Origin: Octopus bimaculoides
Lineage: Eukaryota
DNA length: 35,695 bases
Assembly: GCF_001194135.2 (NCBI RefSeq)
Contig: NC_068987.1
Location: 36,697,678-36,733,372 of the forward strand
Reading direction: 5' to 3'
Position numbers and translations under genes: made by a program. Below are positions 22,102 through 33,099 of the stretch, in pieces. Each line of letters opens with the position of its first letter. The first letter of the stretch is position 1. The notes under the pieces are model-generated. The model did not search any database. It was not told the DNA's origin and saw only the letters and a program-made list of their open reading frames with translations.

Positions 22102-24106
22102 GTAAATGTCGAACAATGAAAACGAGTGCTCAACACCGCATTGGTGGATATAATTTCTTTATTTGTGAATTAAGGCTACCATTCGTTTCATGTTAAGAAA
22201 AGCAGGAAAATATTCTCGTGTCTTAATAATTTTTATAGCCGATCACATGGAGAAAGGTGTTTACCTCCATTTTGGAAAACACTGTGGTGTAGTTCTCGAG
22301 GGTTATCGTAAATTTGCGTGAATGAAATAATGAATCGATAAATCAAGGGACGTTACTCTGTGGTAGCATCTTTTGCATGTTTGTCTCCCTCGGATTTGTC
22401 TTTTGGATAAATTTGTTGTGTTATCAATTACCGATATAGATGTAATTATGAATGCAAAGAAGTCATTACTCTTTCATGAGAATTCCTACTGGGTAAAAAA
22501 GAACGGTGATGAGTTATTTGACATGGCAATTGGGATCTATGACGGTGCAGAGATAGCTGACTTTGTAGATCATTATATCTTAGATAACCTTAAGAAAGAA
22601 ATAAAAGAATCTAACATAGGTTTATATAGGAACGATGGCCTGGGAGTAGTACACAACAAAAAGGGATATGATATGAATAGAATAAGGAAAAATAGGCAAA
22701 ATATTTAGTCACTTGGGCCTAAGAATCACAATTAGTACAAAGCTTAAAGAAGTCAACTTCCTAAACATTTACATGAATCTTAACACAGGAAAATTAAAAC
22801 CCTTTCACAGACAAAACGAGCAAGCCTCGTACATAGACATAGGTTCCAACTACCTACTAGCAGTAATTAAGCAAATGATTAACAACATTAGCAGGCGCGT
22901 CTCCAATTTATCCGTCGACAAAACACTTTTGAAAAAGTCGGCCCATATTATACAATGCTGCATTAAAACGGTCCAACTTCAAGAATTGCATATGCTACAT
23001 TGAACCAAGTATAAATATACCAAGAAGACGCAGACAGAAAATTGTATGGTTCAACCCACCTTATAGCACGAATGTATATACTAACAGAGCTAGGCAATTT
23101 TTAAAACTAATAGACAACCACTTTCCACAGTCACACAAATACCTCAAGATCTTCAACAGAAACACTGAAAAAAGCAATAAACATAAACACACCAGAAACG
23201 CCCCGAAAGACAATGCAGCTGAAACAACAACTGTCCAATGCAGCTGAAACAACAACTGTCTCGAGACCTTGTGTACGAACACAAGATCACGGACTCCAAT
23301 GGAGTAGCAAAGACGTATATCGGAATGATGGTAACTCATTTAAGGAAAGGTATACACAACAGCATTCAGAGGCAAACATTTAAAAAAACATGCAACATCC
23401 CTGTCAAATATGATATGGACATTGAAAGAAGGTAGAATAAGCAATCACTAGGTAGACTGAAAAATTATTGCAAAAGCCAAAATATACAGAGGACGGGGTA
23501 CTAATATGAACTCTGTACCATTGAAAAATTAAACATTATACAATCACCAGATAACATCCTAAATATTAAGTATGAAACCTTCTCTTCCTGCATACAAACA
23601 CTATATTTTACACTCAAATATTTCAAAGAAGAGACCCTGTCTGCGACGGTGACTCCACCAAGATAGCCCATCTCCCTGAACGTGAACACACAGCACACAA
23701 ACTTCACACAAAGAAGAAATATGCCCCAGCACACAAGTATAAGAACACTATGCCCAGAAGAAAAACAAAATAATGCAAACAAATTGATCACACAAGAGAC
23801 TTATCCAAAAGATAAATCCAAGACAGACAATCATCCAAAAGATGCCACCACATAGTAACGTCCCTTGATTCATTGATTCACTGTTTTATTCACGCGAATT
23901 TATTATAACCCACGAGAACTACACGAGAGTGTTTTGAAAAATGGAGGCGAACACCTTTCTCCATGTGACCGGTTTGAAAAATTAAGACACGAAGATATTT
24001 TCCTGCTTTTCTTAACATGAAACGAATGTTAGCCTTAATTTACAGATAAACAAATTATATCCACCAATGCGATGTTGAGCACTCATTGTCATTGTTAGAC
24101 ATTTAC
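22102..24106 (+). mobile_element. 5'-truncated Penelope-like element (RT, thumb, GIY-YIG) with an inverted copy of its 3' end at the 5' end
   Basis: RT: KKSLLF...WVKKNGDELFDMAIGIYDGAEIADFV...GLYRNDGLGV (YRDDG-type motif, decayed). Thumb: VNFLNIYMNLNTGKLKPF. Also WFNPPYS and endonuclease LVYEHKIT...KTYIGM and LCTIEKLNII. 22102-22429 is the reverse complement of 23782-24106. Both ends abut (TA)n. Confidence 0.9.
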
Positions 24107-24229
24107 ATATTATATATATATATATATATNNNNNNNNNNNNNNNNNNNNNNNNNNNNNNNNNNNNNNNNNNNNNNNNNNNNNNNNNNNNNNNNNNNNNNN
24201 NNNNNNNNNNNNNNNNNNNNNNNNNNNNN

Positions 24230-24270
<41 letters not shown>

Positions 24271-24579
24271 CACCTATGCACGTAAACTTTCAAATATATG
24301 TCTATAGATATGTATAGACACTGTATATTCACTCTATTACTCATTTACTACTGTATGCATCTTTAAATATCGTATGAGGAAGTAGCATGCATCAAGACTA
24401 AAAAATATCTGACAGCATGTATACATAGCATCTTATAAATATGTAGCGATATTGCAATCAGTATAGACATATCGAAGGAATATGATATCCATTTTTTTTT
24501 CTAATACAAAGCAAAATATGATACAATGTACCAGAGGCATCAATGTTGAAACGTTCAAGGAGAAGGGCGAGTTGTAGGA

Positions 24580-24674
24580 AGAGAAGAGGGAGAGGGAGAG
24601 GAAGAAGAAGAAGAAGAAGAAGAAGAAGAAGAAGAACAACAACAACAACAACAACAACAACGACGACGACGACG

Positions 24675-24706
<32 letters not shown>

Positions 24707-24720
24707 AACGACAACAATAC
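24580..24720. repeat. Compound trinucleotide array (GAA)n(CAA)n(CGA)n(CAA)n
   Basis: Directly visible. Confidence 0.95.
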
Positions 24721-24889
24721 TGAGCAACAATCAGATAAATTAGAATAATTAAACTAGAACAATTGATTACTTATGATAGGCTTAACGAATGTAAAAGTAT
24801 TGACTGAACTCAATAGTGAATTACTTGATGTAATTCATAAAGTTATTGATATTAGTATCACTTGTAAGTAGACTTTAGACGAAGTCATA

Positions 24890-24962
24890 TGTGCGTGTAC
24901 CAAAATGTGCGTGTACCAAAATGTGCGTGTACCAAAATGTGGGTGTACCAAAATGTGCGTGC
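24890..24962. repeat. 16-bp minisatellite (TGTGCGTGTACCAAAA), about 4.5 copies
   Basis: Unit starts at 24890, 24906, 24922, 24938 and 24954; one substitution in copy 4. Confidence 0.95.
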
Positions 24963-25469
24963 ATATCTGGCTACAATAGTAACGTAACACACTTAGCAGA
25001 AAATAATACGAGTAAAATATATAAGAATCTATATAATCAATCCAATAATTATAGTATAATGTGATAAATGTAAGAATTAACTGGGAATTATAACTCGTAA
25101 ACACTATTTTAATTTTATGTTATAATATCATTAATGCTATTAACATTTATAATCTTTTTCCCAACTCAACGGGAATGTCTTGTTAGCATACCGATTACTT
25201 CAGTATTACCGTTGAAAGATCCTCTAATATACGCACACAGTGTTTTGCAGCACAAACACATATTCAAGAAGGTGAGAATCATCTGTTGTGGGCGCTGGAA
25301 CTGTCAGATTATGTGATTTCAGTTTACTGGACTTCCTCTGTGACAGGTGACAGGTTACGCAGACCAGCCAAATCTCACTGCCCCGATATCTAAAATTTCA
25401 AACTACTTCCAGTCACTGATGTCGCAAATAGCCAGCAGACTTTTTAAAAGTTATTATTAGCCACAAAAG

Positions 25470-26194
25470 CGATAAAATCCCCTACTTGGCAAATACTGGG
25501 TTAAACTAAACCCGAAAGAAATACAAAAAGCAAAATCCCAACAATGGCTGAGAAGCTCAGGATTCAAAGCAGAGACTGAAGGTTTTTTAATTGCAGCACA
25601 AGACCGAAGCCTCCTCACCAGAAATTACCAAAAACATATAATGAAAAGAAACATAACAAGCAACTGCAGAATATGTGGAGATGGAGAAGAAACAATAAAT
25701 CATATTGTCTCTGGCTGCCCAGTCCTGGCTAAGTAGGAATATATTCACTGACACGACAGAGTTTGGACCTACATACACTGGAAGCTATGTCAACACCATG
25801 GAATAACAACAGAAAAAAGATGGTATAGGCACACGCCAGAAAAGGTCACAGAAAATGAGAAAGGAACAATACTATGGGATATGCTAATACACACTGATAG
25901 AGGAATTAAAGCCAATGGGCCAGATATAGTTGTCAGAGATCATCAAGAAAAAAAAAACTTTCTAATTGATGAATCAATACCAACAGATGACAACTTTCTC
26001 TACAAGAAATGGTGAAACTTTCAAAATACAAAAACCAGGAAATAGAGGCAACTCGAATGTGGGGTCTAAAAACAGAAACAATTCCTATCATAGTGTGCGT
26101 ATTAGGTATTATAAAAAAAATATTCAGAAAAATGCATAATAAAAATAAAAAATACCAGAAATAACATATATATAAATATGTATATATATGTATA

Positions 26195-26233
<39 letters not shown>

Positions 26234-26322
26234 NNNNNNNNNNNNNNNNNNNNNNNNNNNNNNNNNNNNNNNNNNNNNNNNNNNNNNNNNNNNNNNNNNN
26301 NNNNNNNNNNNNNNNNNNNATA

Positions 26323-26361
<39 letters not shown>

Positions 26362-26519
26362 CATACAGAAAATAGCACTACTAGGCACCACACACATCCT
26401 ACGTAAAGCAGTCACAATACAGTAATTATAAGAGCAACACAACAAACTACAGCACATACTCGAGTCACACAGAGCTGCGCTCGGTATTGCAGTGAAAGCA
26501 CGTTATAAAACTACGACTA

Positions 26520-26522
<3 letters not shown>
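25470..26522 (+). mobile_element. 5'-truncated R4/Dong-clade non-LTR retrotransposon (zinc knuckle plus restriction-like endonuclease)
   Basis: SQQWLRSSGFKAETEGFLIAAQDRSLLTRNY, a CCHC knuckle CRICGDGEETINHIVSGC, then HDRV, LWDMLIHTDRGIKANGPDIVV...LIDESIP (PD..D motif) and QKIALLGTTHILRK; stop at 26423-26425. Stops, frameshifts and a (TA)n/gap interrupt the ORF. Confidence 0.9.

Positions 26523-26597
<75 letters not shown>
26523..26597. repeat. (TAA)n microsatellite directly 3' of the R4/Dong element
   Basis: Directly visible; about 25 units. Confidence 0.95.
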
Positions 26598-27086
26598 CGC
26601 GAAGTTCTGTCTGTCTGGAACTCCTGTGTCTCCGTCTACATTTGCTCTACATAAACATATACCTTTTTGCAATCAGGATGATCCTGAGATTGGAAATCTG
26701 CCCTTCATTTGCTTCTTGAACATTCAGCATTGAGATCTGATTTAAAAGCATTTGGATTGTTATTTCTAGCAGGTAAAACTTGGCTAATTCAGGCTATCTC
26801 GATTGGCGCTTGTCAGAGATCAAGGGTGAGATAAATACATTCGCTTCGTTAATTTTACGCTGAGATAAGAACTTTGGGACAAATTAGCCAACAGTTGTAA
26901 TTCAAACTGGGACTGGAACAATTGAAAGATTGCATTATAGAATTAATTCCCATCCGTCCTTAACCTCTGATCAAACACCACCGAGGCATATAGTCATTAC
27001 AGACGTATTATAGTCATGCTATTTAGCTCTCCTTAGTTTTGAGCCGCAGGATCAATTAGACCTTCGTAGGAACTGCTTTAAGCTAG

Positions 27087-27087
<1 letters not shown>

Positions 27088-27165
<78 letters not shown>
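27088..27165. repeat. (TG)n microsatellite
   Basis: Directly visible. Confidence 0.95.
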
Positions 27166-27168
<3 letters not shown>

Positions 27169-27179
27169 GTCCATTTATT

Positions 27180-27350
27180 CTTCCTCTTGTTTCAGTCTTT
27201 GGACTACAGCTACAATATGGTACCGACTTGAAAGTATTGTTTAGCAGAACGAATCAACCTCAGTACTTTCATTTTCTTTATAGTTTGGTAATTATTCTGT
27301 TACAGGGGGACAAACCAACACTGGCTGAAAAGCGATAGTTTGGAAGAAAC
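27180..27350 (-). mobile_element. Diverged SINE 3' half (family of 11488)
   Basis: cttgtttcagtctttggactacagc...gacttgaa...gaatcaacctcagtact is collinear with the 7645 tail. Confidence 0.55.
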
Positions 27351-27402
27351 ACGAAGGCTAACACCCGCACATGTATATATGCACACACACATACACACAC
27401 AC

Positions 27403-27433
<31 letters not shown>

Positions 27434-27503
27434 ATATTATAGATGGAATTTCAACCATGTTTCGTGGTCTGCTACCACAACAGCTCCTTTATAGGATCCA
27501 GTT

Positions 27504-27604
27504 AGCTGAAGACATCATCAGGAGGAACCACTCTCCGGTTTCGGCCCCCACTCCTCTACCGTTTTGACGTGGCGGGGCCCCTCCTTTCGGAGGTGTCTTC
27601 AGCT
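27504..27604 (-). ncRNA. GC-rich multibranched RNA fold with hammerhead-like parts
   Basis: An 11-bp perfect closing stem AGCTGAAGACA/TGTCTTCAGCT, a CCTCC-GAAA-GGAGG hairpin, a GGCCCC/GGGGCC stem followed by GAAA, an ACC/GGT stem, and both CTGAAGA and CTGATGA cores. Confidence 0.4.
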
Positions 27605-27724
27605 CTGGTGTTGGGTGCATGTCTTCTTTCTTCTATTCCCTGGCCTCTTCGATGTAGCATCAACGAGTGTCAGCGTCCGACTGATCGTCGTGTCGATTGA
27701 TCGTCCGACTGATCGTCGTGTAAG

Positions 27725-28485
27725 ATTAGTAAAACCCTCCCTTTAGCAAACAATTTTACACACTAATACCAAAATTATTTTTCAGGATACTTCAAAAACA
27801 TTTCCACTCTTACAACAACTATCACAAACTAATAAACAAACACAATATGAAATTGGCATATTTTATAGCCAGGATCGCGTTCGGCAATAGTAGCACCGAC
27901 GACAGCGACGACCGCGACAACAGCGGTTGTAACACCAAGAACGCAAAAGCACTGACATGGAAATACGTCGGTTTCACTGGCGGCCCGTTCAAGTATCGTC
28001 TGAACAAACACTGGTTCACTTTTAGTATATCTGAGAGGTGCAACAACACATTTCTGGTCAGCTACGTCATACATAATAAAATGAAGGCTCCTAGAAAAGC
28101 TGGGCCATATCTCAGCGGGAAAAAATGATGTAAGCTTTGCTTGGCCAAAACAGCAAGTATCTTGAAAATCTTATTTTGATCAGGGGGATTTTTTAAACTC
28201 CAAAAACGAGGTGCATAACCAATGCCCTCCTCAGAGGAAATTCCTGTTGAAGGTATGAAATTCTCCATTTGCAGGATAGGAAATTGCTACCAATTTCGAA
28301 AGTAGTCGTTGTTGATACGGCTAGAACAAATGTAATGGGGATAACTCCGTCTCACCCACAAGGTTTCGTTCCAGTAATTGTTTTGTTTAGAAAGACTCCT
28401 CCCCATAACGTTTCCCTCCCCCCAGTTGTAGAGTCGCCTATACAGCTAAGCGCGTTATAGGTGCGAAACCAAAGGTCACTCTGTG
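27725..28485 (+). mobile_element. Penelope-like element 3' fragment (GIY-YIG plus tail)
   Basis: NPPFSKQ, ILQKHFH...HKLINKHNMKLAYF, WKYVGFTGGPFKYRLNKHWFTF...NNTFLVSYV and AGPYLSGKK*CKLCLAKTASIL. Same superfamily motifs as the 22102 and 33100 copies. Confidence 0.8.
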
Positions 28486-29460
28486 ATCAGTCATAAGAAA
28501 CGACCTTCTAAATATAGTACTGCTCTAAAGTTTTTGAGTGTGCTTCTTTGTCGGATTTATGAACTACTGATAGANNNNNNNNNNTGCGTGTGCGCGCGCG
28601 TATACATATATACCTAAGTGTAGACTAAAAACTTAATGCAGTATCTTTTCATATATTTTCAAATATTAAGGACTACTATGACATATCAACAAGTTTTATC
28701 TTATAACTAAAATTTGGTTTCAAAGCTTCACTAATTTTTTTTCTGTTCTTTTCGTTATTATTTTCCTGAATTTCGTTTATCTTACATCGGTGAAGTACTT
28801 TATGTCAATTTGATATATAAACTAATTCTTTCACAAGCAAATAACCATTCGTGTGTAAAACATTCTACTTTGTATTAACTTTTCTCTGTTGCATTGCTAA
28901 GTAATATACGAGTGTATTGATATGGCGTGTGCGTATGCGCGAGAGTGGGTGTATGTGTGTGTGTGTTACAAACTTATTAAATAATTGCGTAAAAATTGTA
29001 AAAATCTAGATAAGATCGATAAGACATTTATATTTCTCTATGAAAATCACCTAAAAAATTAGTATTAATTATTTACTTTATCAGTAATTGAAACTATATG
29101 ACCTTGTCCTGCTGTATTCTGGATGATGGTATTTTGTTCTGCTTGTTACAATCAATATCTAGGATATATAATACAATTTATAGTAGTTACTGATGTACAT
29201 ATGTTTTTTTACTGATAAAGCAATGAAGATCAAGACCAAGTGCTTTTAGTAGTTACTTGTTTCTTCAAAATTGTGAGTTCTAATCCCAAATTGATAGAAT
29301 AATTCTTTTGTCCATCCATAAGATACCATTAATGTACGCAGTTATTACAAAATTTGTATTCAAATAAAGTTATTTGCAATTTAACGAACGAAATGCATTA
29401 GGACATCATGTCTGTTGTATTCTTATTTCAAATCCTAAAATATTAATAGTGCTTTTTATC

Positions 29461-29535
29461 TGTGTGTGCTTGTATGTGTGTGTGTGTGTGTGTGTGTTTG
29501 TTTGTTTGTGTGTGTGTGTGCGCGTGCGTGCGTGC

Positions 29536-29590
<55 letters not shown>
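29461..29590. repeat. (TG)n/(GCGT)n compound microsatellite
   Basis: Directly visible. Confidence 0.95.
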
Positions 29591-29591
<1 letters not shown>

Positions 29592-30400
29592 ATAAAATAC
29601 CTACCGGATATTTACTACCGATTGTGTTAAGCAACTGTATTTCATAACCTATAAAGTTGTTCGTTTTGCAATACCGAATGAAACTAATTTTATCACTCGT
29701 TTATACGTTATTCTATAGCCCCTGTATTTAAAGATTGTTTTATATACATCGAGTACATTATTCATACATTAGATTAAGTATACATTCAGTATATCATTGT
29801 AATACTCATACAATATGATTACTTATCTATTAAACATAACAAGTGGTATGTTATCCCTTTACAACCAACTTTCTCTTTATACGAAGTACACGAAATTCTG
29901 TATTGTAAGATTTACTGCATCACCAAACACGCAAACGAACGCACAAACAAACAGAATCTGTGACAGATTCCATTTGATTTATTGACCTTGGCGAATAATG
30001 TCTTGAAAAAAGTTATTAAACTGTTCATGAAGCTTGGCAATATTTAAGAAGTTTGCCATCTAATAAAATATTAATAATAGCCTTTTGAGAAGACAGTAGG
30101 GAAATGAATCATCGATAAAATATTGCTTTATCTCCGATTAACAATAACCAACAACATTATGACATCAGTACAATATATATTCCAAGTTGTCAACATTGCG
30201 CTTACTTAATAAGATTTCTGCCAGAACTCTGAACGCAAGGTTAATTCATATTTGCTTCTGGAGATCATAATCTATTCGGTAGTGTTGCAGAAATACTAAC
30301 ATTATGTTAAGTTGCTCTTCTCCTTTCCTCTCAACTGTTGTTACTAAATGGCACTGAATTATGATTGTAAGTTCCAAAGGTCATTGGATTGCCGACTCAC

Positions 30401-30424
30401 CGCAAAAGTGTCCGCCGCTCAGCA
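30401..30424 (-). CDS. Speculative 24-nt phase 1-1 micro-exon (xLSGGHFC)
   Basis: CTGAC branch-point motif at 30448-30444, ctttaAG acceptor and GCG|GTGAGT donor. Phase is compatible with the 9840 acceptor. Confidence 0.2.
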
Positions 30425-30749
30425 CTTAAAGTATAGGTTGGCAGTCAGCAGGGAACAGGATTGCCGAATAAATATATTAAAAAAATTGGTAGCAATTACA
30501 CTCCCGCAACCAGACAAGTTACCTTACTGACAATTTGCTTTATAAATCACCAGTGTCGATACATCACGCTATGACACACATTGGTGTATATTGTAAATAT
30601 GGTGGCATAACCTATTGGGTGATACGCACATCAATGAAGAATATCGATCTATCCATATCACATTTAACAACTCGAAGGTTATAGAGATGGTCATAAATAG
30701 CTACATCATGACCTGAAAATTTCTCTATTTGTCACCTTTTTTCTCTTTA

Positions 30750-30753
30750 TCAC

Positions 30754-30789
<36 letters not shown>

Positions 30790-30875
30790 ACTATCTATTT
30801 ATATATCTATCTATCTATCTCGCTCTATCCCTCTCTCTCGCTCTATTACTCTTGCTCTGTCTGTCTTTCCCTCTC

Positions 30876-30958
<83 letters not shown>
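30750..30958. repeat. (CTAT)n plus (CT)n microsatellite
   Basis: Directly visible. Confidence 0.95.
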
Positions 30959-30962
<4 letters not shown>

Positions 30963-33099
30963 GACACACAAACACATACACTCAAACATTTTACAATCAT
31001 GAAACATTAGAATTAGACGTACGAAATGCTTGATCTTGCACAAATTACTTTTTCCCAATAGAAAAAGAGAACGGCACCGAAACCAAGTCTTTTACCATTG
31101 ACACAGGGAAGCTCTTCAGAAATGCCATTCATGAAAGTTTCTTAGCTATGTCACTCATTTCGTGTTTCAGTAGTTTCGTATTTATACGCATCATATTAAT
31201 TTTAGTGTTCTTCAAGGTTATATTACATCCTCCAAATTCATTCCCGTATACATCAATGTTCTGATTTAAATTGTAATACATTCCATTCTACTTTCCTCTT
31301 CTTATGCAAGCGTGAGTCCTTTACACTTTTCTCTTCATCTAGGAAATGAAATCTCTGAGAAAATATTGCAGTTAACATGAAAAATACACAATTGCCTCAT
31401 ATATTATTGAAACATTCTAGTACCGTCACGCCCTCAGTACTTATGACCAGCATACACCTGAATTTGTGAATGTTGCTAGACATACTGATAATCTGCCATG
31501 GCTATTGAGATATACATTTCTAAACTGGACCATAAATACTGCATTTTCTTTAAGATTGCACTATGGGGTTCACGTCTGTAATTACTGCTCACATATCCGA
31601 GGTAAAACTATGAATATGCCACACTACAACTAAAAGGACGCTTTTCGACTGATTGGTTGATAGTGAAGGTGAAACCTCGCTTATTTCATGGGGTTTGATG
31701 CTATTATAACACGGACAGAAGTGACAGACTGAAGAAACAACGCATCTAATCATCAGTGGTTACAGTATTTTAAATGTCAAGTTTTTTTCCAAACCCTAAA
31801 CTTCCTTCATATTTACTATATTATGCCTATATGTCCAGTACTAGTGTGTGTATGTGTGCTTGTGTATATATTTCTTAGTCAAGTTATCTCCAGTAGATTT
31901 AGACACACGTAGATACACGTTCAAAATAAATGTCATTCTGACAGACAAGAAGGAGAGGTTTCTAGTAAACCCTAAATAAACTATCTTCAGAATGAACTGA
32001 GTAAACACGTAAACAACAGCAATGATACAATTAGAAAAATCACTTAACGTGTGGCAGTAGGTTAACATAATGATAAAGTTGACTGTTTTAATACAATCAG
32101 CAATATGTTTGCTTAGTCTCCACACAAATCAGAAACCATCGATTCCCTATTTTGTGCTCCTCTGTTGTTATGGCAACCTAAATATTGTCTCGCTATGAGA
32201 TTCATTGCTCCGACAGCCAACTGTATTTATAATGGTATCAGCCTGTGAACAAGGGCAATGTATTCTTAACATTCATGAGAATATTACTGACTGGGATTTA
32301 CTTTTGACATTGCATTGACTTACACAATTTTCGTGTATACATATCATTCACCTAGTTGAGGAATGTAGCAATTCCACCGATTATTGAAACGAGCGAAACT
32401 GATTAATAATAACCGTGATGTTTGAAGTTAGCACCATGTCACCAACAGGTCTAAATAAACTGTTTTCACTATGCTTCTAATCTTAGTACACTAATCCTTT
32501 TCTTATACTTCAACTCCCTGTCACCTCAATTCTTCCTTTCATTTTACTTCCACTTCTCCAGCTCGTTTTGTTTCCTTCTACCTTTCTCATCAATTTTCCT
32601 TCGTCTACAACTTCATGTTCTCTCCTGTCGTCTTGCGTTCCCCATCAGTTACAGCCTGTTTTATAAACACAAGTGATGCAAAACTCTACTATCTCTTTTT
32701 AATTTCTTTTCGGTCACCTTTTCCCTGAACGATTCTGTCCCAAACGTAGGTTTTTGCACTCCCTACTGCAAGTTCACTATACTCTGTTTGTACATGTTAC
32801 TAAATAAAGTCTTGTCAACACCTTCCAACACCGGTTTCTTTGGATTCTGTTCTGGTATGTGTGTATTGTGTGTGTTTGTTCATGCGTATATGTATGTATA
32901 TATATGCATATATGTATAGCTATGTATATATATGCATATATGTATAGCTATGTATAAGTCTGTATAGAAAGAAGTTTTTTTCTTTCTTAAGGATATATTA
33001 TCCAAGCGTACACCAGTTTTGCACTAACATCGATTAATGATACTGGAAACTTTTCATGTATGTATGTACTAGTGCTTATCGTTAGTTCCTCTTCAATAT

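Noticed and set aside
24273-24301. ATAG|GTGAGT donor on the minus strand with a short open frame (HIFEKFTCI)
   Set aside because: It abuts a (GA)n microsatellite, has a poor acceptor and shows no homology.
24890-24962. Regular short repeats as a CRISPR array
   Set aside because: No spacers, eukaryotic context and no cas genes.
27440-27520. SECIS element (AUGA...AA) as described for some PLE clades
   Set aside because: Helix II pairs for only about 5 bp and there is no 3' GA quartet partner.
32480-32830. Pyrimidine-rich tract with ccCTGAACGA...CAAACGTAgg resembling the PLE tail hammerhead at 21981
   Set aside because: Core, stem II and GAAA are all imperfect. It may be a very old PLE tail but cannot be supported.
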